A stretch of 64,000 nucleotides of DNA, taken from the NCBI GenBank assembly GCA_965207225.1, contig CBDBLV010000005.1:896001-960000 (forward strand), in the 5' to 3' direction. The notes beneath the pieces are model-generated. The model did not search any database and had not been told where the DNA came from. It worked only from the letters and a program-made list of their open reading frames with translations. Each line of letters begins with the position of its first letter. Within the stretch, counting starts at the first letter, position 1. Source of the stretch: Dehalococcoidia bacterium. Lineage in GTDB: Bacteria; Chloroflexota; Dehalococcoidia; Plut-88900. A program made the position numbers and the translations under genes. Below, in pieces: positions 9,287-18,945 of this stretch.

Positions 9287-9709
9287 TTAGATTAGTTTTC
9301 CGTCTTCATCGTAGACGCTTCGGTCGCCGCCCGGGGCCCAGCTGAATATCAGGGCAAGCAAGGGCTCTTCGCTGGTGATTTTCATGGCATGGGAGGTAAA
9401 GGAGTCGCCATAGATAATGGTCCCCGGCTCACACACGAACGAGTCTTCACCCCAGGTGCAGTCGGCGGTGCCCTGGATTATGTAGTATGCCTCGGGCCAG
9501 GCGTGGGTGTGGGCGGCGTAGTCGGTGCCGGGGTCAATCTGCAGGACGCCGGCGTGGGCGTCTTCAGTCTTCAGGTGGGCATTGGGCCCGATAAGTGACT
9601 TCTGCTTAAAGGTGTCCAAAAGAGACTGGGGATAGTTGCCATATGGTTTCATTTCACCCAGCTCGTAGTTATTGATGTGGTTGGGCCCATATTCTTCTCT
9701 GCCTGCCAT
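9287..9709 (-). CDS. Cupin protein resembling cupin DMSP lyases (DddK/DddW/DddQ type)
   Basis: HTHAWPEAYYIIQG ... SHAM metal motifs; PLLALIFSW. Confidence 0.7.
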   Translation of the reverse strand: MAGREEYGPNHINNYELGEMKPYGNYPQSLLDTFKQKSLIGPNAHLKTEDAHAGVLQIDPGTDYAAHTHAWPEAYYIIQGTADCTWGEDSFVCEPGTIIYGDSFTSHAMKITSEEPLLALIFSWAPGGDRSVYDEDGKLI

Positions 9710-9719
9710 TGTGAGCCTC

Positions 9720-11363
9720 CTATCCAGCATCTCTGTTATAGACTTGCTTGCCGTCTACCCACGTCTGGTCGATGCGGATGTCCTTCAACTCTTCCTCCGG
9801 CGCCGTCAGGGGGTCCCGCTCCAGCACCACCAGGTCGCCGAGCTTGCCCACTTCTATGGACCCCTTTACCTGTTCCTGGAATTCAGAGTAGGCGGAATTC
9901 CACGTGTATATCCGTATGGCCTCTGCCACCGACACCTTTTCCTCGGGTTCCAGGAGGTCGCCGGAGTAGGTCCGACGGTTGACCATACACCAGAGTCCGA
10001 ACATGGGGTTGACGAGCCAGGGGTCTGTGCCCGTGCAGTCGGAACTGCCGGGCACATTAAAACCGGCGTCCAGCAGCGTCCTGAAGCGGAAGGACGGATG
10101 ACTTCTCTCAGGCCCGAGATACGGTGCCACGAACTCAGCAACGCTGTAGATGAACGCTGGATTGGGGCACGGGAGTATCTTGGCGCTGGCAAGTCTAGAA
10201 ATAGTCAAATCATCCCGGAGCAGTACATTGCCCACATGCTCCGCCCGATGCCTGAGAGACGTGTCGTCTCCCACGCCCGCGGGGATGCCGAATACGGTCT
10301 CGAAAACGTCGATCAACTGCTTGATTGCGCGGTCTCCGTTGGTATGCATGCGGAGTTGAAGCCCGGCCCTGTGCACCTTACGGACTATCCTGCGGAGCTC
10401 CCGGTCGTCATATCCGAGCTTGCCCGTGATGTCGGGGTGGCCTTCATAGGGGTCCACGAGGGCTGCGGCCCTGGCCGAGAACCCGCCATCGTTGAACAGC
10501 TTCACCCCCCCGAGCCTGAACCACTCATCATCAAACTCAATCCCTCCTATATCCCCTTCGAGCACTTTGTCGAGGGACAGGGTGCCGGGCACGTGGATGT
10601 AGACGCTTAACCGCAGGGGCATTTCGCCGGAGTCGATTAGTTCCCTCATCGCCGTCAGGCCCGACACCGTCTCAGACTTCTCCTGCACATTAGTGACGCC
10701 GTTTGCGAGGAATCGCTCGTGGCCCGTGCGCCGGATAGCGTCCTTAACCGTATCGTAGTCAGGCATGGGGACTGGTAGGCGGTGGTACATGTCCTTCATG
10801 CGACCTGTCGGCTGCCCGGAGGCGTCCCGCTCGATAATCCCGCCCTGGGGATCGGGGGTGTCGGCGGTAATGCCGGCAATCTCGAGGACCTTGGAGTTAA
10901 CCACCACCATGTGATAGCTGGTCTTGAAGAGTATGGGATGTTCGACGCTGACGCGGTCCAGATCGTGACGGTCGGGGTAGCGCTTCTCTCTAAGGCGCAT
11001 GTCCTGGAACAGGCTGCCTTGAGCGATAATCCACTCTCCTCTGGGGGTGGCTGCCGCGTGCTCACGCAGGGTGTCCAGAATGTCGTCGATGCTTTCGTGC
11101 GGCGGCGTGTGGCAACTCACCGCAAGCGCTAGCCCCAAACTCGTAAGTTCCAGGTGCGTGTGGGCGTCGTTGAAACCGGGTAGAAGAGCCCGACCGGCCA
11201 GGTCGACTACCCGTGTCCCTTCTCCCTTCGCCCGCAACACCTCGGCCTCAGGCCCTACAACGGAGATCTTGTTACCGTTGATTGCAACGGCCTCTGCTAC
11301 CGTATCCCGCGCATCGACGGTTATCACCTTGCCGTTGTGAAATATGACGTCAGCTTGAGGCAT
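9720..11363 (-). CDS. Amidohydrolase family 3 (YtcJ-like)
   Basis: LLPGFNDAHTH, VKLFNDG, HTNGDRA, RHRAEH, GSIEVGKLGDLVVL. Confidence 0.9.
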   Translation of the reverse strand: MPQADVIFHNGKVITVDARDTVAEAVAINGNKISVVGPEAEVLRAKGEGTRVVDLAGRALLPGFNDAHTHLELTSLGLALAVSCHTPPHESIDDILDTLREHAAATPRGEWIIAQGSLFQDMRLREKRYPDRHDLDRVSVEHPILFKTSYHMVVVNSKVLEIAGITADTPDPQGGIIERDASGQPTGRMKDMYHRLPVPMPDYDTVKDAIRRTGHERFLANGVTNVQEKSETVSGLTAMRELIDSGEMPLRLSVYIHVPGTLSLDKVLEGDIGGIEFDDEWFRLGGVKLFNDGGFSARAAALVDPYEGHPDITGKLGYDDRELRRIVRKVHRAGLQLRMHTNGDRAIKQLIDVFETVFGIPAGVGDDTSLRHRAEHVGNVLLRDDLTISRLASAKILPCPNPAFIYSVAEFVAPYLGPERSHPSFRFRTLLDAGFNVPGSSDCTGTDPWLVNPMFGLWCMVNRRTYSGDLLEPEEKVSVAEAIRIYTWNSAYSEFQEQVKGSIEVGKLGDLVVLERDPLTAPEEELKDIRIDQTWVDGKQVYNRDAG

Positions 11364-11491
11364 GTCGGAAGCCGGCTGGAGAGGGGGCCAGAAGCGGCCC
11401 AAAACATACCTTTACCCGGCTTCGGTGTCAATTGGGAGGAGGCATGTTTTACATAGGGGGGTGATAAACTGACTGATGGCATTCAAGACAG

Positions 11492-11752
11492 GTGAATCAG
11501 GTGGCTCTCAACATCAAGAACGAAAAGACCTATCGACTGGCTCGTGAATTAGCCGAATTGACTGGGGAGACGATGACTGAGGCAGTCACAATAGCTTTGA
11601 AAGAACGGTTGGAGCGAAGGCGGGAGGTAGAAGAACGACTCAGGAAGATGCGCGCTATTTCAAAACGATGTGCCGCTATGATACGTAATGACTGGCCTTC
11701 CGCCGTGGAGCACGGTGATTATCTCTACGACGAGCGGGGGTTGCCGAAGTAA
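11492..11752 (+). CDS. Type II antitoxin VapB (Rv0623-like), orphan
   Basis: ALNIKNEKTYRLARELAELTGETMTEAV ... LYDERGLPK. Confidence 0.85.
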   Translation: MNQVALNIKNEKTYRLARELAELTGETMTEAVTIALKERLERRREVEERLRKMRAISKRCAAMIRNDWPSAVEHGDYLYDERGLPK

Positions 11753-11845
11753 TAGAGTTGCATTAGAGAGCTAAGAAAGGACTTCCCATTCCTCTATATC
11801 TGAGTCAACGTCCCTTCTAAAGGATATCTACTCCCCCTCCCACCC

Positions 11846-12244
11846 CTAACCCCCCACCCGACCCCTCACCTCGCATTCCATGCACTCGTCCATCACCACC
11901 ATCAAACCCGCGGCCCTGGCCGCCGCCGCCCCTTCCTCGCTCACAACCCCCTTCTGCATCCACACGGCCTTTGCGCCTATTTTGATAGCGTCGTCGACTA
12001 TCGCCGGTACCTCCTCAGCGCGTCTAAAGATATCGACCACATCCACGGGATCTGGAACCGAGCGTAGGTCGGGGTAGCACTTTTCGCTCAGGATCTCTGT
12101 GGCTGAGGGGTTCACGGGGATGATGCGATACCCCATTTCTTGCAGATAGGCCGCAACCCCATTGCTGTCCCTCTCCGGTCGCGGGGACAGGCCCACCACC
12201 GCCACGGTCTTGCATGTTTCCAGAATTCTGTCGATATCGCTCAT
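11846..12244 (-). CDS. CoA-binding protein (YccU-like)
   Basis: VAVVGLSPRPERDS, IIPVNP, DVVDIFR, AVWMQ. Confidence 0.92.
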   Translation of the reverse strand: MSDIDRILETCKTVAVVGLSPRPERDSNGVAAYLQEMGYRIIPVNPSATEILSEKCYPDLRSVPDPVDVVDIFRRAEEVPAIVDDAIKIGAKAVWMQKGVVSEEGAAAARAAGLMVVMDECMECEVRGRVGG

Positions 12245-12312
12245 GTCGTGCCTCCCGGTGATTTCTCAGATGCATTCGAAGGCGACTATATCACGCAGGG
12301 TCTGAGGGTAGC

Positions 12313-13542
12313 CTATGCCGATACCTGATCCTCGGTTGCACGAGAGCCCATCATAGGCTTGAGGAGCAGAGCCGAGACCACGAGAGTCAGTGAGAAGAAG
12401 GTAGTAACAAACAGCGCGGACCGCAGGTCTCCGGTCGCCTGCTGAATCCCCCCTACCACAAGGGGCCCCAGCCCCGCGCCTGCGTTCATTACGGTGTAGA
12501 TAAAAGCGAGCCCCACGGCCACCTCCCGCGGTCGGATGCCGGGAAGCTGATAAGCCATGGTAACGATGACCGGAAAGTAGCAGATGGAAAATCCGCGGAA
12601 GACGTTGATGAGAACCACCAGGATTTCTGAGTCGGTGAACAGCAGCGCCATGTGGGTGACCATGGTCACTATTCCTGTCACTGCCATCACCGTTAGCTGC
12701 CTGCTCTGAAGAAACGACAGTGAGACCACAAACAGCTCAGCGGGGGCGGCGGCGAACATGTACATTGCAAGCCCAAGCCCGACAATGCGGGGATCGACTC
12801 CAAATTCCTGCTGCGCCAGGGTCGGCCAGAACACGTTGAAAGCGCTCTCAAGGGCCAGACCCCCCGCCATCCCTACACCCAATAGCCAGAGTTGCTTGTA
12901 TTTGAATATGCTGGCCAGAGGCGATCCTCTCTGGGACCGGAACCGCTCCACGTATTCCGGCGTCTGCCGTTCTCCGCCCAGCGTTATCCAGCTGAGCGCG
13001 CTGAGCAAGGCAAGACCCGACCACAAGTACATGGTGTTCCGCCATCCACCGAGCCAGTCGATAAGAAACGGCGTCATGAGCAGCGCGAGGCCGTTAATGA
13101 TGTCGCTTCCGGAAATCATCAGGCCGTTGGTCCGGGCGACCTGCCTGGGAGTCGACCATTGCTGGATCAGCAGGGCGGTGGCAGCTTCAGTCTGGGAATA
13201 GGCCATGGACATGGCGAGCCTGCCCAGTAGAAGGAGAAGGAAGCTCGGGGCCCAACCCTGCATGAAAGTGAACCCCGAGACAACGATTAAGCCTAGGCCC
13301 GCCATCCTCCAGGGTCGGAACCGCGACGCAATCCATGCCGTGGGTATGTTGAGGAATAGCACTGCCAGGGTCGCCGATGCACCCAGTACACCCTGCTGCA
13401 GGGGCGACAGGCCCAGATCGGCGGTCATGTCGGGCAGCATCAGCCCAATGGTCATGATGATGGAGATGCTGATGGCGTGGCCCGAGGTCAGGGACCCGAT
13501 GACGAGCCAGCGCCGCCCGGTGGGTGGAGCGTTCTGTATCAA
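12313..13542 (-). CDS. MFS transporter
   Basis: 409 aa with ~12 hydrophobic segments; LLLGR and GLGPLVVGG. Confidence 0.85.
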   Translation of the reverse strand: MIQNAPPTGRRWLVIGSLTSGHAISISIIMTIGLMLPDMTADLGLSPLQQGVLGASATLAVLFLNIPTAWIASRFRPWRMAGLGLIVVSGFTFMQGWAPSFLLLLLGRLAMSMAYSQTEAATALLIQQWSTPRQVARTNGLMISGSDIINGLALLMTPFLIDWLGGWRNTMYLWSGLALLSALSWITLGGERQTPEYVERFRSQRGSPLASIFKYKQLWLLGVGMAGGLALESAFNVFWPTLAQQEFGVDPRIVGLGLAMYMFAAAPAELFVVSLSFLQSRQLTVMAVTGIVTMVTHMALLFTDSEILVVLINVFRGFSICYFPVIVTMAYQLPGIRPREVAVGLAFIYTVMNAGAGLGPLVVGGIQQATGDLRSALFVTTFFSLTLVVSALLLKPMMGSRATEDQVSA

Positions 13543-13680
13543 GGATGTCTTGCCAAAGGGGATTAATACCGACTTCTTGACGATTCGGACGAGGGTAACT
13601 CTGCGAGCGGAAGAGCCTGCGCGAAAAGCAGGCCCAGGAGGCCCGGTTGTCAGAACACGGGCCGGAACGGTGATTATACG

Positions 13681-14685
13681 CTAGTCTTCCCAGACTTCCC
13701 GCAGCAGCCGCACCCAGTTTCCGCCCAGTATCTTCCTGATGTCGTCCTCGCCGTACCCTCGATTCAAGAGCTCCAGGGCGATGTTGCCGAATCGGTCGGG
13801 GGTCTCCATACCTTTGGGATGAAGCAGGGGAGAGGGGTAGGGCACCGGGCGGGGCTTTATCTTGGTGCCCTGCTGGGAGAACAGCCAGTCGAAGAAGGAG
13901 TTTGACTGGTCCTGCGTGTAGTCCGTTCCTATGGCGACGTGGTCTATGCCGACCCTGTCCACTAGGTCGTCGATCGCGTCCACATAGTCCTGCAGGGTCG
14001 ACTCGAAGCTCTTGGGAAGGAAGGGCGGAAAGGCATTGGCCCCGATGACTCCGCCCTTCTCAGCGATGAGCTTCAGGGCATCATCAGTCTTGTTGCGGAC
14101 GTGATCGAAGAAGGAGCGGGCGTTAGCATGGGTCGCAGACACGGGCTTGTCCGAAAGTTCGGCCGTCTCCAGGGTGGTCCGGTCCCCGACGTGGGACAGG
14201 TCAATAAGAATCCCCAACCTGTTCATCTCCCTCACCGCATCCTCCCCGAAATTGCTCAAGCCCTCGTCGGTGCGCTCCCAGCAGCCGTTGCCCAGCAGGT
14301 TCCTTTCGTTATAGGTGACCTGGATGACCCTCACGCCGAGATCGTGAAAAAGCTCAAGCCTGTCTAGCTTGTTCTCGATGGGAGAAGCGTTCTGGAACCC
14401 GAGAATTATGCCGACGGTTCCGTCTTCCTTGGCCTTGAAGATATCGTCAACCGACTTGACCTGGGAGAGGGTTGCAGGCATTTCTCGGAAACGCCGTTTC
14501 CAACCTGCCACATGGTCCATCGTCTCCTCGAACCCCTCCCAAACGGCGATGGTGGCGTTTATGGCGGTGAGGTTGCCGTTGCTCAGGCTCTGGTAGACCG
14601 CAGGGCTCTCCCAGTTGCTGATATTCAGCCCGTCAATGGCGATGGCATCCTGGTAGATAGACTGGGCGCGTTCCTCAATGCTCAC
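13681..14685 (-). CDS. Membrane dipeptidase (M19) homolog
   Basis: GFQN, TYNERN, DLSH, THAN, RNKTD, GTDY, GGNWVR. Confidence 0.88.
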   Translation of the reverse strand: MSIEERAQSIYQDAIAIDGLNISNWESPAVYQSLSNGNLTAINATIAVWEGFEETMDHVAGWKRRFREMPATLSQVKSVDDIFKAKEDGTVGIILGFQNASPIENKLDRLELFHDLGVRVIQVTYNERNLLGNGCWERTDEGLSNFGEDAVREMNRLGILIDLSHVGDRTTLETAELSDKPVSATHANARSFFDHVRNKTDDALKLIAEKGGVIGANAFPPFLPKSFESTLQDYVDAIDDLVDRVGIDHVAIGTDYTQDQSNSFFDWLFSQQGTKIKPRPVPYPSPLLHPKGMETPDRFGNIALELLNRGYGEDDIRKILGGNWVRLLREVWED

Positions 14686-14789
14686 TTGCCCTCTCCTTAT
14701 TAAGCGGGGTACCGGATCGCGTAGGGCGCTAGTTTACCACTGGCCTGCATGATCTAAGTCGCATGTAAGTTTGCCAAAGCCCCCTTATC

Positions 14790-15275
14790 TCCCATTCCGA
14801 TGCCCTGGGAGGAATCTAGGACTTGCCCACTCACGTCCCTCCCCTCCCGGTAGGGGCAATCCCTTGTGGTTGCCCTGGTGTGGGGCCGCTCGTGCTGAGG
14901 CCCTCGAAGTATGAGCGGGGGGAGGCCCACATCCTGCCGACCCGTCGCATGCCTCCATAGCCAATCACCCCCCTCACTGTCATTCCGAACGGCAGTGAGG
15001 AATCTGGGGAAGGGAGGTGCAGGTCTCCCATCCCACCCGAGCATTCACTACCCCTCTTCCTCCCCCCTCCCCCCTATCTCCGTCATTCCAGACTCCGATC
15101 GGGCATCCATCCCCGGTGTGGGCTGGGCCACTCGTGCTGAGACCCTCTCAAGCATGCCCCGAGTCCCTCGAGGGGTATGAGCGGGGGGCGGCCCACCCCT
15201 TGCCGACCCGTCGCATGCCTCCATAACCAACCACCCTCCTCACTGTCATTCCGATGCCCCGCGAGGGATCTCCAG
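14790..15275. repeat. Cluster of REP-like palindromes including a ~130-bp imperfect direct repeat
   Basis: ~14877-15005 is repeated at ~15115-15271; GTAGGGGC... palindrome at 14850; GTCATTCC... units at 14979, 15082 and 15245. Confidence 0.8.
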
Positions 15276-15342
15276 CACCCCTCCCTAAGCCCACCCTACT
15301 CATTGCCACTCTCACCCCTTCCTGGCATCCCCCCTTGGTAAC

Positions 15343-15383
15343 GAATTATCGGGAATGCTGCTTGGCAGCATTCCCGATAATTC
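15343..15383. repeat. Perfect 19-bp hairpin, module 1 copy A
   Basis: GAATTATCGGGAATGCTGC-TTG-GCAGCATTCCCGATAATTC; its flanks recur inverted around 46068. Confidence 0.9.
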
Positions 15384-15508
15384 AATAAAACAGGGCGGGC
15401 GGGTGGGAACCAATTTAATCCGGGGGTAGGTGGAGGGAGGGGGATCAAGGGGGTGAGGGTTACCTTGGGGGACCGGGGGATATTCCCCCCATAAATGTGA
15501 CCTACCCC

Positions 15509-15537
15509 TTGACATGCAAACACTTGAGCCTTATATT
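15509..15537 (+). promoter_or_regulatory. Sigma70-type promoter
   Basis: TTGACA-17 nt-TATATT. Confidence 0.65.
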
Positions 15538-15652
15538 TGTTCTAAGTCTAGACCCTACATCTACCTTAAGGAGGAACCGAAAACCCAGGGGAACAACCCC
15601 GGCGCCCGAGGGGACTCAACGCCCAAGCCCATCCCAATGCCTCTCCCCTCCC

Positions 15653-15676
15653 GTAGGGGCGACCGGCTGGTCGCCC
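15653..15676 (+). repeat. GTAG-class REP-like palindrome
   Basis: GTAGGGGCGACCGGCTGGTCGCCC; related copies at 14850, 16314, 44492, 46324, 48604 and 54636. Confidence 0.85.
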
Positions 15677-15760
15677 TCCCTTGTGAGGCGAGCAGGTTGC
15701 GGCACAAGCGAAAGACGCCATCTCCTCCACCCCAGTCCCGACCCTTCCCCTGTCCCCCCA

Positions 15761-16219
15761 GGCGATGGAAAGACGCCCTGGAGCAACCCGACCTAAGGAG
15801 CGGAACGGGGTCGCCCGTAGCCGAGGACCGCTCGGCTCTCCGTCCGCTTCAGCAAATGAAACTGGGCAGACCGCCACTCCGGGTTCCTGGATACAGGCGG
15901 CGAACTGGAAACCCCGTACTCCTGCGTGGGGACATGACTCTGGACATTCCCCTTCCTGCATGTAGGTGCAGCGCAGCTAACCCGTTTATTGGAACCTGTG
16001 ACGGATGACGGACCCGTATGTCCGCCTACACAGCCAGATCTAGGCAGCGGCGGAGACACGTCCCCAGCCTTGGGACGCCTCCAAGCCGACACTAAAGATA
16101 GGGGCTTCTGCCGGCCGCGGTTCGACCGTCCAGTGAGGCGAGACCGGACTGACCGACCCTGTACGGCCGGGCCAGCGACACCCTACGGGGTCACCGCTCC
16201 AGGTGCGTCTTCCATCGCC
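15761..16219. other. ~460-nt structured element closed by imperfect 24-bp inverted repeats (candidate ncRNA or MITE)
   Basis: GGCGATGGAAAGACGCCCTGGAGC at 15761 pairs with GCTCCAGGTGCGTCTTCCATCGCC ending at 16219; several internal hairpins. Confidence 0.5.
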
Positions 16220-16408
16220 AACCTCCTTCAACACAAACAAAATGCAAACCCAAACCCCACAACCGAACAACTTATCTTCCACCGCCATCCCAGATGTGCG
16301 GGGCCGGGTTCTCGTAGGGGCGACCGGCGGGTCGCACTCCCCGGTGCGGGGTGAGGATCCCCCTATGGTGCTGAGAAGCATCCCTTCCTTTCTACCCAGT
16401 ATTGAACT

Positions 16409-16448
16409 AGAGGCAGAGGTTGGCACTTCTGCGCCAACCTCTGCCTCT
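16409..16448. repeat. Perfect 16-bp hairpin, module 2 copy A
   Basis: AGAGGCAGAGGTTGGC-8 nt-GCCAACCTCTGCCTCT; its flanks recur inverted around 45948. Confidence 0.88.
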
Positions 16449-16666
16449 GTTCTTCTCTCCCCCTCTCCCTTAGGGCCTGTAAGGAAGAGGGGGACCAAGA
16501 GGGTGAGGGTGATCCCCGGTGTGGGGCCGCTCATGCTGAGGCTCTCGAAGTACGAGCGGGGGTGGCCCACACCCGACTGTCACATCTCGCCGGTCATCCC
16601 CGCCCACCCCATGCCGTCCTCTCCTCCCTGCACCACGCAAAATCCCCAGCAATCCCTTTAGGCGTC

Positions 16667-16719
16667 GTTCAATCAAACCAGCTACGAGTTCAATCAACGT
16701 TCAATCAATGTTCAATCAA
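16667..16719 (+). repeat. Four phased GTTCAATCAA direct repeats
   Basis: Copies at 16667, 16688, 16699 and 16710 (spacing 21, 11, 11). Confidence 0.9.
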
Positions 16720-16827
16720 ACCTCACCCCCACAACTGGTTCGGCTGCTAGCCTCTCGGACGAGAAAGGCCCTAGAATAGCGGCACGAACACCCGGCAGCA
16801 TATGACGGCACTCATGGGGAGGTGAGC

Positions 16828-18006
16828 ATGTACTCTTACCCGGAAATCGACTGGGACGGTCTGCGCCGGCACCGGACAGACAAGGTCTCCCAAGTTATGA
16901 GGGACGCCGACGTCGACGCCCTGGTTCTCATGGGCCACGACAACATCCGCTACGCCACCGACTTCGGAGTCTTTCTCATCTGCGAAGCCTACGACTGGTT
17001 TGCCGCAATAGTCACCCAGGAAGGCGAGGCCTCGCTCTACATTCCCTACGTGGACAAGGTGGTCGACAATCCAATGCCTGACTACCCTTGGATCACGGAA
17101 TTCGTCCCGACTCCGTCCTGGGTTTCCAGCATCAGCCAGGCCGAGATCTGGGTCGACATCCTGTCCCGCAAGCTGCGCAGCCTCAAGGCCCGACGCGTAG
17201 GCGTCGATGCAATGCCCTTCCAGCTTTGGGATGGCATGAAGAGGATGATGTCCGAGGCACTTTTCCTGGACGCGTACATGCCTCTGGCCATGGCCCGGCA
17301 GGTGAAGCATCCGGAAGAGGTAAAGCTGATCCGCTCCAGCGCCGAAATCGCTTCCGCAGGAGGTGAGGCTGGGCTGAAGGCCATGCAGGAAGGCGCCCTG
17401 GACTTCGAGGTGCTATCGGCCATAGATGGAACTATGCGGGCCCAGGGCGCCGAATTCATCACCCACAACGTTTGCATCAAGGGTGAGAGCCAGGTTACCG
17501 CTGGCTGGTTTCCAAAGGGCAGCAAGCTCGAGTCAGGCGGGACTATGGCCTTCGACTGGGGATGCTACGTGAAGGGCGGATACGGCTCCGATATGTGCCG
17601 GACAGGGTTTGCGGGTGAACCTCCTGCGCCCGTGCAAAAGGCATGGCAAGTGCTGATGGAGGCCCACCGGGCCACGGAGGCCGAGGCCCAACCCGGTGTC
17701 CGGGTGTCCCACCTTGACCGAACGGTAAACGACCACCTTGCCAGGTCGGGTTACCCGACCACGCCTTATTCCTTGGGACATGGTGTCGGGCTGAGGGCGT
17801 GTGAGCTCCCCATCATCTACCGCCCCGACATGATGATGGTGGATGCACAACTGGAAGAGGGAATGGTCATCTGTCTGGAGCCCGAGACCTCGGTGGAGGT
17901 CGGCGGCGAGACAGTCTTCGTCAAGGTCGAGGACATGTACGAAGTCACCGCTACGGGGCTAGACCGTCTCACCACCACCGGCTACACGCCCTATTGGGAT
18001 GATTAG
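16828..18006 (+). CDS. M24 family (Xaa-Pro peptidase/creatinase/EutD-like) hydrolase
   Basis: NIRYATD, VKHPEEV, GYGSDMCRT, GHGVG, CLEP, KVED; GGAGG RBS upstream of ATG 16828. Confidence 0.88.
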   Translation: MYSYPEIDWDGLRRHRTDKVSQVMRDADVDALVLMGHDNIRYATDFGVFLICEAYDWFAAIVTQEGEASLYIPYVDKVVDNPMPDYPWITEFVPTPSWVSSISQAEIWVDILSRKLRSLKARRVGVDAMPFQLWDGMKRMMSEALFLDAYMPLAMARQVKHPEEVKLIRSSAEIASAGGEAGLKAMQEGALDFEVLSAIDGTMRAQGAEFITHNVCIKGESQVTAGWFPKGSKLESGGTMAFDWGCYVKGGYGSDMCRTGFAGEPPAPVQKAWQVLMEAHRATEAEAQPGVRVSHLDRTVNDHLARSGYPTTPYSLGHGVGLRACELPIIYRPDMMMVDAQLEEGMVICLEPETSVEVGGETVFVKVEDMYEVTATGLDRLTTTGYTPYWDD

Positions 18007-18944
18007 AGGGTGGCCAGGAGTCGGGCGGAGCGTTCCCAGGAGGCCTGTTTGTCTGGGCCGGCGGAGATGATGGAAACAAGCACTTCCTCAGCGCCCGCAG
18101 CGAAGAACGCTTTAAGTCTGGGTGCGACATCGTCTTCGGAGCCGGAAATGACTATCTCCCGGAGCATACGGTCGCTCCAGCCGTTTAACTCTTCCGCCTC
18201 CGGGAACCCCGCCAGGGCAAACATCTGCTGGTAGAAGGGCGCCGTGGGGTAGTACGCCATCTCCTCAAGGGCGGCCTCTTTGACCTCTTCGTAGTTTTCA
18301 CGGACCGAGACCACGGCGTGGGCGATGAGCGGTGGCGTCGGGCGTCCGGCGGCCTGTGCGCCTTCTCGCATGGCCGGAAGAGCGGAGTCCCTAAGATAGG
18401 CCAGCGGACAGACCCAGCTTATCGCGCCGTCCGCCTCTTCGCCACACAGCCTGAACGACCTGGGCCGGAGCGCCGAGGCCATGACCGGTAGCTCGGAGAA
18501 GGAGTCAGAAGCGGAGACGTGGGCGCTGTACATCTCGCCATCGAATTCTACCGAGCCTTGTTGTACCAGTGGCTTCACGATTTTCAGGTACTCGCGCAGG
18601 TTGGTCAGGGGTTTTCGGAAGTTGAAGCGGAAGGGTTCGTACATTTCCGAATGGTGGCTGGGCCCGATGCCGAGCCGGAATCTGCCCGGAGCCAGGTGAG
18701 CTATGACGCTGGTCTGTTGGGCGGTGGTGATGGGGTGTCGGGGCCAGGTGGGTACGATGGAAGTGCCAAGTAGTATTGAGTCGGTGCGCATGGCGGCAAC
18801 TGCCAGTAGGGTAATCGGGTCAGAGTCTCCACCAGAAGTAGCCCACGCAGCCTTGACGCCCAGCTCTTCCAGGCGCTGTATCTGCTGAACGCTTTCGGAG
18901 GCGTTGGCCCCAGTAACCTCCACGCCGATAGTTCCCATGGTCAT
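18003..18944 (-). CDS. LLM class (probably F420-dependent) oxidoreductase
   Basis: GTSIVPTWPRHP, GRFRLGIGPSH, ADGAISW. Confidence 0.88.
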   Translation of the reverse strand: MTMGTIGVEVTGANASESVQQIQRLEELGVKAAWATSGGDSDPITLLAVAAMRTDSILLGTSIVPTWPRHPITTAQQTSVIAHLAPGRFRLGIGPSHHSEMYEPFRFNFRKPLTNLREYLKIVKPLVQQGSVEFDGEMYSAHVSASDSFSELPVMASALRPRSFRLCGEEADGAISWVCPLAYLRDSALPAMREGAQAAGRPTPPLIAHAVVSVRENYEEVKEAALEEMAYYPTAPFYQQMFALAGFPEAEELNGWSDRMLREIVISGSEDDVAPRLKAFFAAGAEEVLVSIISAGPDKQASWERSARLLATL

Positions 18945-18945
18945 G

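Noticed and set aside
15930-15960. Minus-strand GGGGAATGTCCAGAGTC resembling the RNase P GAGGAAAGTCC motif
   Set aside because: Several mismatches, mid-element position and no 3' ACAGAA..CGGCTTA partner.
14700-16800. Possible CRISPR array or coding ORFs in the repeat-rich intergenic zone
   Set aside because: No regularly spaced identical repeats with unique spacers and no cas genes; the ORFs are low-complexity translations of palindromes.
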